DNA of 64,000 bases from Candidatus Algichlamydia australiensis (GTDB lineage Bacteria; Chlamydiota; Chlamydiia; Chlamydiales; JAJFMI01): positions 1 through 64,000 of the forward strand of contig JAXCHI010000003.1 in NCBI GenBank assembly GCA_033977065.1, given 5' to 3'. The notes under the pieces were generated by a model that made no database searches, had not been told where the DNA came from, and was given only the letters and a program-made list of their open reading frames with translations. Made by a program: the position numbers and the translations under genes. Each line of letters begins with the position of its first letter. Positions within the stretch are counted from its first letter, which is position 1. Below are positions 9,494 to 19,815 of the stretch, one piece after another.

Positions 9494-11470
9494 TTACAGA
9501 GTACCAGCAACCATTATAAATTTATCTATAAGCACTCCTCGAATTGTCTCTCTTCCCAGCTCATCTTTTTTGATCATTTCACAATTGCGTAAGTAGTTAA
9601 CTAAGCCATCCTTTATTTTTTTAGTCTTCGTCTCGATACCGATAATGAATTCTGGGCTCACCCTATCTTTTATCATTACCTCGTGTCCATTATATTTGTT
9701 TGGTTGACTCACGAGTGAATTTACCCACTCAAAAATCGAAGGTCTGTTGAGGTAAGTACCCGAATCTGCCCCAGGATCTAAATACCTCGTTCCAAATTCA
9801 TCTCTATAAAGTTGGTAGGCAGCCATATCCAGCGCTTCATGGGAAACAAGAACGTTAATATCTCCAGCATAGGAGTAGTATCCATCAAGAAGGAGATTTT
9901 TTCCTCCTACACGGCTAGCTTGAAAAAATACAGAGTCGTGATTTTCTTCCAACCCCTTTTGCGTGATTCTACCGTAAGAGCGCATCTCTGAAGAGAACAG
10001 ACCCATTTTTAACACTGAGGCGATTCCAGCAAATGATTCCTCGTTGCTATGAGTCGCAGTTTGAATGGATGAGAGATTCACTATTCCCTTCTCATGAGAA
10101 AAGTCGCCTAGACCGTTTAAACCGTAGTAGACTCTTCCTGGAAGAATTTCTCTCGGAGTTAATTTAGTAAGCTCCGCATCAGCTAATTTGTCCTTCATAG
10201 TCGGAGCAATTTTTTCAATCTCTTTCCGCAACTTTGGCAGAGGCAGAGAGAAAAACTTTTGCTTTCTCTCCAAAAGAGTCGCCTCTTTAGGACAGTAGAG
10301 TCGAAAAACCTTCCCTATTTTCATTCTCTGAATATCCTCTTGCGTAGATTGTGCAAGAACATCTTGGATATCGAAAAGAGAGAGAAACTGCTTGAGATCT
10401 TGGAACTTTTTTCCTTTTTCTAACTGAACCTTCACGCGACTATCCGTAAGATACCCTTCACCCCATCCAAAATTCGATTCGCCCAATTGAATCGAACCAA
10501 CACCATCTAAAGCAGATCTAAATATAGGCTTTTCCCATATAGACTCTTTCACAGCAACATTTAGTGCAGCACCTTCACTCGAGAATTGATGTTTAGCAAG
10601 ATACTCTCTTCTCCCCTCTTCGGATAAGCGAGCCAATAAAGTCATTTTCTTATCCAATTTCTCACGGAACACGTGGTTCACTTTAAAATCTAACTCTAAA
10701 TAATCTTCTTTCTTTTTAAACCGTAAATTCATCCCCTTAACGATGCCCTTACCAAATCCGTGAAAATTACTTCCAAAATCATGCTCATCACCATTATGGT
10801 CAACCAAAACACACTTTTGTTGATCGACTTTTTCAATCAGATTTTCAAGAGGATGCGCAGGGTAACTCTCTCTATAAAGAGCATTCGCCTGCCTTGCTCG
10901 AATCATAGCCATTGCCAGTTTGGCTATCGCTTCTGGGCAGCGACCTTTTTCATACTCTTTTCTTGCTTCCCATAAATTCAAAAGAGCGTGATAAACGAAA
11001 AAAGCGAGAATAACGTTAGTCGAGTTTGTAACAAACATCGCAGCATAAATGGCACTGCCCACCATTTGAAACATCTCGTCCCTGGCTTTTTCATAGTCTT
11101 GCTCCCAAAGATCCTGCCCAAGATGGTAAACATTTGTAGCAAGGTCAAGACCTGTCGTAATATAAAGTCCGACAGTCAGATTTGTGAGGGAGTTTAAAAG
11201 AGCAGAAACCGAAACAGCGACTTGAAATAACTCATACGCACACGTTTTTCTGTCTTTAGCGCTCTTAATCTCATATAAGTGAGTGCCAAGACGAGTTGAC
11301 CCTGAAAAGAGAGAGATTGCTTTCCCTGCAGGAGAATAAAGACTTATGAAAGGTAATGCTACCTGAGTATAACGAGCTGCTTGTTTAAAATAATAATTTG
11401 TCTTTTCGTCAGGAAAATCATTAGAATATTGCCTGTGATAATGAGAAAGGTCTATTGTTTCTTTAATCAT
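9494..11470 (-). CDS. Hypothetical protein: hydrophobic N-terminal helices and a C-terminal ADP-ribosyltransferase-like domain
   Basis: 658-aa ORF. The C-terminal pattern SVLKMGLFS...DSVF...HEVMIKDRVSPEFIIGI recalls ART-fold toxins (inference). Confidence 0.5.
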   Translation of the reverse strand: MIKETIDLSHYHRQYSNDFPDEKTNYYFKQAARYTQVALPFISLYSPAGKAISLFSGSTRLGTHLYEIKSAKDRKTCAYELFQVAVSVSALLNSLTNLTVGLYITTGLDLATNVYHLGQDLWEQDYEKARDEMFQMVGSAIYAAMFVTNSTNVILAFFVYHALLNLWEARKEYEKGRCPEAIAKLAMAMIRARQANALYRESYPAHPLENLIEKVDQQKCVLVDHNGDEHDFGSNFHGFGKGIVKGMNLRFKKKEDYLELDFKVNHVFREKLDKKMTLLARLSEEGRREYLAKHQFSSEGAALNVAVKESIWEKPIFRSALDGVGSIQLGESNFGWGEGYLTDSRVKVQLEKGKKFQDLKQFLSLFDIQDVLAQSTQEDIQRMKIGKVFRLYCPKEATLLERKQKFFSLPLPKLRKEIEKIAPTMKDKLADAELTKLTPREILPGRVYYGLNGLGDFSHEKGIVNLSSIQTATHSNEESFAGIASVLKMGLFSSEMRSYGRITQKGLEENHDSVFFQASRVGGKNLLLDGYYSYAGDINVLVSHEALDMAAYQLYRDEFGTRYLDPGADSGTYLNRPSIFEWVNSLVSQPNKYNGHEVMIKDRVSPEFIIGIETKTKKIKDGLVNYLRNCEMIKKDELGRETIRGVLIDKFIMVAGTL

Positions 11471-11645
11471 GATTTAGAGTGTTTTTACTCCAAAAATTAT
11501 ATAAAAATAGATGATTAAATCGAACAAAAAAATAATTTTTATTTAATTTAAAGTTGATTTTAAACAAACAAATGGTGATAAAATTAGTAGCCATAAATAT
11601 TGCTTAAAGTTAAATTGGGCTTGATATGTTTACTGATGTGAAAAA

Positions 11646-12113
11646 ATGAGACGATTATTTCCGATTCTATGCATTGTGTTTTTTACTTTTCCGACTATTG
11701 GAGAGGCTAAAAAACCACCTATAATGATATCAAATCCGCGTTACCACTATATCCATGTGACATGCCATTTCGTAAACAGAGCGATGCTAAGCAAAGTATT
11801 TAGCCACAGAAATAGAGCTTTTGGTAAACAGCCAATCGAAGAACTCAATGAAGAAGAGCTTTACCTCTTGGTAAGATGCAAGAATAGAGGTTATCGTATG
11901 GCTTATGGAACACTACGATTAGAAATTCCAAATAGAAAGAGCCCCATACTGATTAACGTTGATAAGATGAAGCCACGCATGAACTACACTCACGATTATG
12001 TCTTCCGAGTCGACGGTAGGCGGCTTCTTAAAGGAGAGCGACCACCTCGTGTAGAATTCTCATGGGATTGTTTATATACTGCAGACAAAGACTGCTGTCA
12101 GACCGGCCTCTAA
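11646..12113 (+). CDS. Exported hypothetical protein upstream of Rhs
   Basis: Signal peptide MRRLFPILCIVFFTFPTIGEA. Confidence 0.75.
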   Translation: MRRLFPILCIVFFTFPTIGEAKKPPIMISNPRYHYIHVTCHFVNRAMLSKVFSHRNRAFGKQPIEELNEEELYLLVRCKNRGYRMAYGTLRLEIPNRKSPILINVDKMKPRMNYTHDYVFRVDGRRLLKGERPPRVEFSWDCLYTADKDCCQTGL

Positions 12114-12328
12114 TCTTCGTAGAAAATCGAAACTTCCTCGCAAAGAATTTTCATGGGACCACATATAAAAAAGTCCGCCTGATCTATTTTCGAATGCTTT
12201 CCTCAATTTAACGCTGTTTTAGATAGTGTCGTCAAAAGGCTATAATCAGAGACATTCCCAATGAAATAACTATCAGCTGGACCAAATTTTCCGAGGTTGC
12301 TACACTGCCTCAAAACTCCTGAGGAAGT

Positions 12329-15300
12329 ATGAAAATACTCTCTATTTTTGCCCTAATTCTAACAACCCTTTTCTCAGCAACCGAAACACCCCTCGACAAC
12401 GACCCCAATTTCACCGTAGCTGGCTGCGTTAACGCGATCACAGGCGAATACTTTGCCGTTGAAACCGACCTTGTTCTCAGTTGCGCACAGCCCTATCCCA
12501 TCACACGAATCTACACGGCCCACGCGGATTGGGAATTTTTCCCGCATGTAAGACTTGAAGAGATACAAAAAGTAGGAGTCATCAACAAAGACGGCAGACA
12601 AAAGAAAAAAGTGAGACAGAAAAAGCTGCACTTTAAAGATGAGCTAGGCCTTCCGATCAAGCTTAGGCCCATAAAAAGTGATAGCCCCTCCTACATGCTC
12701 GACTACAAAACCCACACTGCCCACCTAGTCAACACCCACAGAGGAGTGATTAGCGGCCAAACAAACACAAGAAACACCAAAGGACGATACAACAAAAAGA
12801 AAAAAACGTATGAAATCTCCTTTGGAGATGGAACAAAGAGAATTTACAAGCGCACCAGAATCAGCAGAAAGAGACCTTCAAGAGTAGACCTGCCAAATAA
12901 GCGCATCGCTGCTGGTAAACTCTTTTTACTTAACGAAGAAGTCCTTCCTAATGGCAATAGAATTTTTTACGAGTATGACAATGGCAACAACCTAAGAAAA
13001 ATCCTCATCACAAGCTGCAACAAAACTGAGTACGGATGGATTACGATTCGTAACGAACCAGGCATCAAAACCATAGAGACAAGCAATGGACAGAGCGCTA
13101 CCTACTATTTTAATAACGGCACTCTAACTAAAGCCGTTTCAGAAAACTTTCCTGAAGAGATCACCATCACAACCCCTCACGGCATTACAAGACAGCTGAC
13201 AGATCAAGGACCGCTTACACACGCAAAACTTGCATTTGATAAAGTGCAAGGGCTCTACACATCAGCATCAAACACCCCCATCTACACATTCAAATATAAG
13301 AAAAAAGCGGGAAAAACCCCAAGACAAACCATCGTAACCGACTGCCTGGGCAACACAACCACCTACCAGCCAAGAGGCAACAACCGCCCCTACAAAATTG
13401 TCCATCCCGATGCTAGCGAAACGCGCTACATCTACGGAACGCGAAGTAAAACACTCGGCGATCTCCTTGCAATTCTTACAATCGACCCTAACGGCAACTG
13501 CATCAAAGCCATTACATACACCTACGACCACCACCACAACATCTCCACAGAAACCCTCTGGGGCAACCTATCTGGAAACGACCCATCGCCTATCGAATTA
13601 GACGAAAACGAACTCCCAATGAACGCCCCATCGGTTACCACAACCTACGAATACAACTACGAAAATTCCCCTATCCTCATCCAAGAACCCTCTGGAAAAA
13701 CTACAAAAATTACCTACCATAAAAAGACAAATCTTCCCCTACAGAAAGAGACCTTACACAACGACCAAATCGTTGCCCGTGAAACCTTTACCTACGACGA
13801 TCACAACAACCTCATAGAGAAAATCCGCGCTAACGAAAACAATACAGAGCGCGCCATCACACACTATGAACTCGCCCAAGAAGGCCCTGCCACACACCTT
13901 CCTATAAAAATCCAAGAGTGCTATTGGGATCCCGAAACCTCTACAGAGAAGACTCTAAAAACAACCCGACTCACCTACAACAAGCAGTGCAAAGTTGAAA
14001 CCAAAGAGATATTCGACGCGAATAGCACCCTCTGCTATACCCTCACCTACAAATACGACCCCCACGGCAACCTCACCCAAGAAACCAATCCACTTGGCGA
14101 AACGACTAGCTACACCTACAACACCCTCGACCAGTGCATAACCAAAAGCGAGCCCGCCAAAAACCTCACCACCCAGCATAGCTACGATCAAGAAGGAAAT
14201 CTCCTAACCACAACAGAAATCGGCGCGCCAAACATCTTCCATACAACCCAGCACACCTACAACCCCTTAAGCCAAAGAATCACAACAACAGACCCCTACG
14301 GCCTTACAACCCAATACCAGTACGACGCCCATGGTAACCTCACATTAGAAAGCAACGAAATCGCCACCACAAAAACCACTTACGACAGCCAAAACAACCC
14401 GATTGAAATCATCGACCCAAGAGGAAACCGCACAACCCATCACTACAATGTTCGCAACCAAATCACCCAAACAACCTATCCCGATCAAACAACTGAAACC
14501 TTTACCTACGATCCTGCCGGAAACTTGATCAAACACGTAGATAAATGTTCACGTCAGATCTACACCACCTACGACTACGCAAACCGCCCCCTAACCAAAA
14601 AACTCCTTTCGTCCACAAATAAACTCCTTGCAGAAGAGAGCACCACTTACAACAGCTTTCATAAACTCAGCCACCTCGACCAAGGAAACCGCCTCACTAC
14701 CTACACCTACGACCCAGCCGGTCGCCTCACCCAAGAGACCTTTCTTGATCAAACCACCACCTACACCTATGACACCCTCTCTCGAATCGAAACAAAAACC
14801 CAAAATGACCAACGCATCCTCTACACCTACGACCCCCAAAACCAAATTCTTACGGAGAGCGAGATAGATCTAGCTGAAAACCCCACCATCTACAGCAAAA
14901 CAATCTATACCTACGATGCTCATGGCAACCCAACTACCATCACAAAAGGCGACTCTACAGAAACCTACACCTACGATCCCCTCAACCGCCTCATCTCGCA
15001 TACCAACCCTTACGGCCACACAACAACCATCACCTACAACCAACTTACTAAAACCACCCTAGACCCTGAAAGCCGCCAATTAGAACAGACCTACAACAGC
15101 CACGGCCAGCTCCTTGCAACAACACACCTTTCCAAAACAGGCACCCCCCTCCACAAAGAACACTACGAAAGAGATCCCTCAGGCAACCTCCTCACACACA
15201 CCATCACCATCTTTGATCCTAACGGCCCCGCCCGCACAACAACTCTCACCTACACCTATGACCCCCTTAACCGACTCCTAAGCCAAACCGAATCCAATGA

Positions 15301-17503
15301 AAAAACAACCATTTACACCTACACACCCGATGGACAAGAGCAAACCATAACAAAACCTGACGGTACCCTCATCGAAAAAACCTACGATGAAAAAGGCCGC
15401 CACAACGCCACCTACGCCCCCAACCTCCACTATACCTTTACCTACGACAACCTCGATCGTTGCACCAAAGCCCACGACCACACCCATAACACAACAACCA
15501 CCCGCACCTACGACCCCCACGACAACCTCCTAACAGAAACCCTCGCAAGCGGCCTCACCTTGACCTCATCTTATACAGCTGATAATCGCCGCAAAACCCT
15601 AACCCTCCCCGACGACCGCACCATCACCTACAACTACAACCCCTACCACCTCACCTCCATCACCTTCAATAACTACACCCACACCTACACCAACTATAAT
15701 GACCACCACACACCCCAAACCGAAACCCTCATTGCAAACCTTGGAACCCAAACCCATATCTACGACCTCCTTAACCGCGAAAGAAAACGCAAAAGCCCCT
15801 ACCAAACAGAAGCCCATAAAAACTTTGATAAAGCCGGCAACCTCACCACCCGCACTCTAAACGAACAAACCACCACCTACACCTACAACGACCTCAACCA
15901 ACTCACCCAAGAAAACACCACCCAATACACCTACGACTCCCTCCATAATCGCCTCTCAAAAAATAACGACAGCTACAACATCACGCCCCTAAACCAAATC
16001 TCAGAAACCAACGAACTCAGCCTCAGCTATGACCCAAACGGCAACCCCACAACTATAGAAACAGAAACTGAAACTACCCAATACAAATACGACGCCCTCG
16101 ACCGCCTCATCCAAATCAAAACCCCCACCACAAAAACCACCTACACCTACGACCCCTGGCACCGCCGCACCTCTCAACGAACCTCGCACAAACAAAACAA
16201 CGAATGGGTAGAACAGCCCCCACAACACTACATCTACGATGGAGATAATGAAATTGGCCTTGTTGAAAACGGCACCATAACCCAGCTCCGCATCCTAGGC
16301 CTAGGCCACGGCGCCGAAATCGGCGCCTCCATCCTCATCGAACTTAACAACCGCACCTACCTTCCCCTACACACCCTCACCAGCAACATCTCAGCCCTTA
16401 TCGACACCCAAACAAAAAAGCCCTACGAAACCTACCAATACACCGCATTTGGAGAAGAATCTTCACAAATCGCCCACAACCCCTGGCGCTACCAATCGAA
16501 ACGCACCAACCACAACCTCGTCTACTTTGGTCGCCGTTACTACTCACCCACCCTTGGCCGCTTTCTTACCCCCGATCCCAAAAGCTACACCGAAGGCCCC
16601 AACCTCTACGCCTACCTTAACAACAATCCCTTGACTCACTTTGACCTCTATGGCTTATCAATCAACCGTGATGGAATTATCACTCCTCCTCAAGATAAAC
16701 CCTTTGCACCACCTACGGGAAAAGCAGTTAATATAGCTGCTGGAATAGCGCACGGTGCTATAGATCTTTCCATCGACCTAGTCAAGTTTCCCTGTGTTTT
16801 AACGAACGTTGTTTGCTCTTCCCCAGGAATTGTATATTACTTTTGCACAGGAGAAGACCCATTCCAAGATCTTTCCTTACGAAATCAAAATATCAATGCC
16901 TGTTTTGACCAAGCAACAGAAGTAGCTTGTTCTTTTATCCCAGCAGATACAACAAGCCCCTACTACCAATACAGCCGATCTGGAACAAAGATTGCAGGAG
17001 AAGCAGCTCTACTAGCAACAGGTGTGGGTGCTGCATACAAAGGATACAAAACTGCTCGAGCTGGAATAGTCGTTGGATCAGAAGTATATGCTGCTACCAA
17101 ATCAGGTCGAAAGATTTTAAAAACTGTAAGCACAAAAGCTAAAATCGCCCCCAATTTAACCAAAGTAAATGATTTTCACCGAGCTGCTATGCAATTAAGC
17201 AAACAGGAGAAAAATACTATTCGTATTTTAAGAGGTTGGGCAAAAAGTAAAGGCTTTAAAAAATTACCAAACCCGGCAGGAAAGCCAGAAGTTTGGGGAC
17301 AAGTAATAAATGGAAAATTTGAGTGGACAATGAAAGTAAAACCTATTTCTTCTATAAGACAAGGTATTGCAAAGGGTAGCCAAGTACCTCGCGCGTCAAT
17401 AAGGTTACAAAAAACAACCTACATAAACCCTTTTACTTCAGAGGTAGGTGGTGCGGAAGTTGGAGCTCATATACCCCTTCAAAACCCCTTTATGTTAGAA
17501 TGA
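12329..17503 (+). CDS. Rhs/YD-repeat polymorphic toxin with signal peptide and C-terminal toxin domain
   Basis: Signal peptide; DUF6531-like VAGCVNAITGEY; many YD repeats; core end YFGRRYYSPTLGRFLTPDP...NLYAYLNNNPLTHFDLYG; compositionally distinct basic tail ending GAHIPL. Confidence 0.95.
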   Translation: MKILSIFALILTTLFSATETPLDNDPNFTVAGCVNAITGEYFAVETDLVLSCAQPYPITRIYTAHADWEFFPHVRLEEIQKVGVINKDGRQKKKVRQKKLHFKDELGLPIKLRPIKSDSPSYMLDYKTHTAHLVNTHRGVISGQTNTRNTKGRYNKKKKTYEISFGDGTKRIYKRTRISRKRPSRVDLPNKRIAAGKLFLLNEEVLPNGNRIFYEYDNGNNLRKILITSCNKTEYGWITIRNEPGIKTIETSNGQSATYYFNNGTLTKAVSENFPEEITITTPHGITRQLTDQGPLTHAKLAFDKVQGLYTSASNTPIYTFKYKKKAGKTPRQTIVTDCLGNTTTYQPRGNNRPYKIVHPDASETRYIYGTRSKTLGDLLAILTIDPNGNCIKAITYTYDHHHNISTETLWGNLSGNDPSPIELDENELPMNAPSVTTTYEYNYENSPILIQEPSGKTTKITYHKKTNLPLQKETLHNDQIVARETFTYDDHNNLIEKIRANENNTERAITHYELAQEGPATHLPIKIQECYWDPETSTEKTLKTTRLTYNKQCKVETKEIFDANSTLCYTLTYKYDPHGNLTQETNPLGETTSYTYNTLDQCITKSEPAKNLTTQHSYDQEGNLLTTTEIGAPNIFHTTQHTYNPLSQRITTTDPYGLTTQYQYDAHGNLTLESNEIATTKTTYDSQNNPIEIIDPRGNRTTHHYNVRNQITQTTYPDQTTETFTYDPAGNLIKHVDKCSRQIYTTYDYANRPLTKKLLSSTNKLLAEESTTYNSFHKLSHLDQGNRLTTYTYDPAGRLTQETFLDQTTTYTYDTLSRIETKTQNDQRILYTYDPQNQILTESEIDLAENPTIYSKTIYTYDAHGNPTTITKGDSTETYTYDPLNRLISHTNPYGHTTTITYNQLTKTTLDPESRQLEQTYNSHGQLLATTHLSKTGTPLHKEHYERDPSGNLLTHTITIFDPNGPARTTTLTYTYDPLNRLLSQTESNEKTTIYTYTPDGQEQTITKPDGTLIEKTYDEKGRHNATYAPNLHYTFTYDNLDRCTKAHDHTHNTTTTRTYDPHDNLLTETLASGLTLTSSYTADNRRKTLTLPDDRTITYNYNPYHLTSITFNNYTHTYTNYNDHHTPQTETLIANLGTQTHIYDLLNRERKRKSPYQTEAHKNFDKAGNLTTRTLNEQTTTYTYNDLNQLTQENTTQYTYDSLHNRLSKNNDSYNITPLNQISETNELSLSYDPNGNPTTIETETETTQYKYDALDRLIQIKTPTTKTTYTYDPWHRRTSQRTSHKQNNEWVEQPPQHYIYDGDNEIGLVENGTITQLRILGLGHGAEIGASILIELNNRTYLPLHTLTSNISALIDTQTKKPYETYQYTAFGEESSQIAHNPWRYQSKRTNHNLVYFGRRYYSPTLGRFLTPDPKSYTEGPNLYAYLNNNPLTHFDLYGLSINRDGIITPPQDKPFAPPTGKAVNIAAGIAHGAIDLSIDLVKFPCVLTNVVCSSPGIVYYFCTGEDPFQDLSLRNQNINACFDQATEVACSFIPADTTSPYYQYSRSGTKIAGEAALLATGVGAAYKGYKTARAGIVVGSEVYAATKSGRKILKTVSTKAKIAPNLTKVNDFHRAAMQLSKQEKNTIRILRGWAKSKGFKKLPNPAGKPEVWGQVINGKFEWTMKVKPISSIRQGIAKGSQVPRASIRLQKTTYINPFTSEVGGAEVGAHIPLQNPFMLE

Positions 17504-17823
17504 ACGAAGAAAATCAAAATGAAATGATAAAAATATTATTGGACGCTGATAATGATATCGGCCTTCGTGACGATATTGCAATGGATCTATCCAAATATGA
17601 TGATCCAGGAACACTAAAAGCTCTTACAAAAGTAGCTTTCAACCATGATGAAGATGAAATGGTTAGCGAATCATGCGGAGAATCTATTGGCGAAATTTGG
17701 GCTAGGCGAAATTTCTTTGATCTTGGCCAGTATAAAAAGTTTAACAGATCTACAAAAGACGGAGTTATTATTAGCATACGAGCCTACAAGCCTGAATGGA
17801 TAGAAAAATACAATCTAGAATGA
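17500..17823 (+). CDS. Cognate immunity protein (acidic, HEAT-like helices)
   Basis: ATGA overlap with the Rhs stop; acidic 107 aa against a basic toxin tail. Confidence 0.8.
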   Translation: MNEENQNEMIKILLDADNDIGLRDDIAMDLSKYDDPGTLKALTKVAFNHDEDEMVSESCGESIGEIWARRNFFDLGQYKKFNRSTKDGVIISIRAYKPEWIEKYNLE

Positions 17824-18016
17824 AAATTAAAATTCACTGTTTGTGTTGCAAAAACAAGAAAAAAAATGGTTAGGAAACTATTAAAAACCGAATTAGAAGA
17901 TATTCTTTTTCAGCTGAAAAATAGGTGAGTATCTCCACGGAAAAGAAGACCTTACCAAATTCTGCAAGTTTTGTAGACTCTAAATCGCTATATTAACAAG
18001 CGCTCCTCTCCTCCTC

Positions 18017-18460
18017 TTAACTAAACTGCATCTGAATTTTATTTACCTTTCGCATTTTTCTGGTCAGAAAAACCCACCACACCATAAGGGCAAAATAGCA
18101 AAAAATGAATGTGAGCATTAGTGGAGCAATAGAGTCTATATCTTGGAACATTACAAAGTAATCAATGATCGTTCTAAAAACACCAAAAGGAACACCGTAT
18201 TGTTGTATTGTAAGAAGAAAGTCAACCCTCTTTTTATAAATAAAAAAATAAGCAATCAAAAAACCAATCCCGTTGAGAACCAGATTCTGAATTAAAAACG
18301 TTCCATACTCATGGATAATTAAACTTTTCCAAAAAACAATTCCAAAAGCGATATTAAATAAAAAAGGAAAAAAGCAAAGAGCTGCCGTTCCATGTAACCA
18401 TCTTTTTCTAGTTGAGGAAACATCTAAATTTTTAAATTTTTCCACGTATTCTCCTCTCAA
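18017..18460 (-). CDS. Hypothetical membrane protein (about 4 TM)
   Basis: Four hydrophobic segments; lies between the duplicated immunity genes. Confidence 0.65.
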   Translation of the reverse strand: MRGEYVEKFKNLDVSSTRKRWLHGTAALCFFPFLFNIAFGIVFWKSLIIHEYGTFLIQNLVLNGIGFLIAYFFIYKKRVDFLLTIQQYGVPFGVFRTIIDYFVMFQDIDSIAPLMLTFIFCYFALMVWWVFLTRKMRKVNKIQMQFS

Positions 18461-18664
18461 AATAAGAATCTACAAGTAAAGCACACACCTATAATTTAAA
18501 GCTACCAATACACCGTATTTTGAAAAAAACCACACACCCTTCCTTCACAACACCTGGCGTTTCAAAAGGAAGATTTAGCAGAGTTTCGGGAATCCCGTGA
18601 CCTCCAAAGATTGTGGTTGTTTCTCTATAGAGAAGAAAGCTCTATAACCCCCCTTTATGTTAGA

Positions 18665-18988
18665 ATGAATGAAGAAAATCAAAATGAAATGATAAAAATA
18701 TTATTGGACGCTGATAATGATATCAGCTTTCGTGACGATATTGCAATGGATCTATCCAAATATGATGATCCAGAAACACTAAAGGCTTTTAGAAAAGTAG
18801 CTTCCAAACATGATGAAGCTGAAATGGTTAGCGAATCATGCGGAGAATCTATTGGCGAAATTTGGGCTAGGCAAAGTTTCTTTGATCTCAGCCAATATAA
18901 AAAGTTTAACGGATCTGCAAAAGACGGAGTTATTATTAGCATACGAGCCTACAAGCCTGCATGGATAGAAAAATATGATCTAGAATAA
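18665..18988 (+). CDS. Second, orphan copy of the Rhs immunity protein
   Basis: Same length as 17500..17823 from ATG 18665; 92/107 aa identical by manual count; preceded by the last ~18 nt of the toxin gene. Confidence 0.88.
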   Translation: MNEENQNEMIKILLDADNDISFRDDIAMDLSKYDDPETLKAFRKVASKHDEAEMVSESCGESIGEIWARQSFFDLSQYKKFNGSAKDGVIISIRAYKPAWIEKYDLE

Positions 18989-19134
18989 AATTAAAATTCG
19001 CTTTTTTTGCAAAAATAATAAAAATGGACAGGAAGTTATTAAAAACCGGCTTAAAAGGTGTTCTTTTTCAATTAGAAAAAAACAAAACAACGAGAGAAAA
19101 AGTTTCATCTTCGGCTTCAAAAACAGTAGAAAAT

Positions 19135-19713
19135 TTAAGACCAGAGTTTGTTTAGAATACTGGCCGGTATCTCAAGGCGTGTCTTGTCAGATAAAGCTGG
19201 AAGCGTTTGCGAGGGAAAGAATTCTAAGTTCTCTAAATTAAACAGTTGACTAAGCGCTAATTTCGGACCTGTGCTGTGAAAATTATCAAAAAAATGGGTT
19301 AGGTATGAATTAAGCGCGCTGTTAACATCGATGTTAAGTCCACAAAAAGTCGTACTTAATTCCCCTAAAACTTCACTAAATTTTGGTTGTGTTGTTATTT
19401 TTTGCAGCAGTCTGTTGCGATAATTAACGTATAAAATTTTGGCTTTCTGCTCTTTGGAAAACTCCCTTAACTTCCCCTTATTTAAAAGAGATAATTCAGA
19501 AAAAAACGTTGAAAATACAGTTTGACCTGAAGCCCCAAGGTATTTTGATTTATTGATAATTTCAAAGGCTTTACTTTCATCAGCCGCAGCAACAAAAAGA
19601 GAATACAAGTCAGGGTCAAAGGCGGGAAGGGAAGGAGCATTTTTGGCCGGAAAATTCATATAAAGAGTTTTCGGTTTGTTATCAATCACTCGAGATACAG
19701 TATAAACACTCAT
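19135..19713 (-). CDS. Hypothetical protein
   Basis: 192-aa ORF with no recognised motif. Confidence 0.6.
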   Translation of the reverse strand: MSVYTVSRVIDNKPKTLYMNFPAKNAPSLPAFDPDLYSLFVAAADESKAFEIINKSKYLGASGQTVFSTFFSELSLLNKGKLREFSKEQKAKILYVNYRNRLLQKITTQPKFSEVLGELSTTFCGLNIDVNSALNSYLTHFFDNFHSTGPKLALSQLFNLENLEFFPSQTLPALSDKTRLEIPASILNKLWS

Positions 19714-19815
19714 TTTTATTCCACAATGTAAATTAATTTTTCTACAGTAATGCTAATTTCATGAGGTAAAACAAATTTTTACTGTCATGTTTGCAAAAAA
19801 TAATAGTAAAAACCA

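Noticed and set aside
13250..16640. AAC-rich repetitive Rhs sequence as a DGR template or CRISPR-like array
   Set aside because: No reverse transcriptase, no A-specific mismatched repeat pair and no constant repeat-spacer pattern; these are YD-repeat codons.
18611..18664. N-terminal extension of the second immunity ORF
   Set aside because: The paralog shows the true start is ATG 18665.
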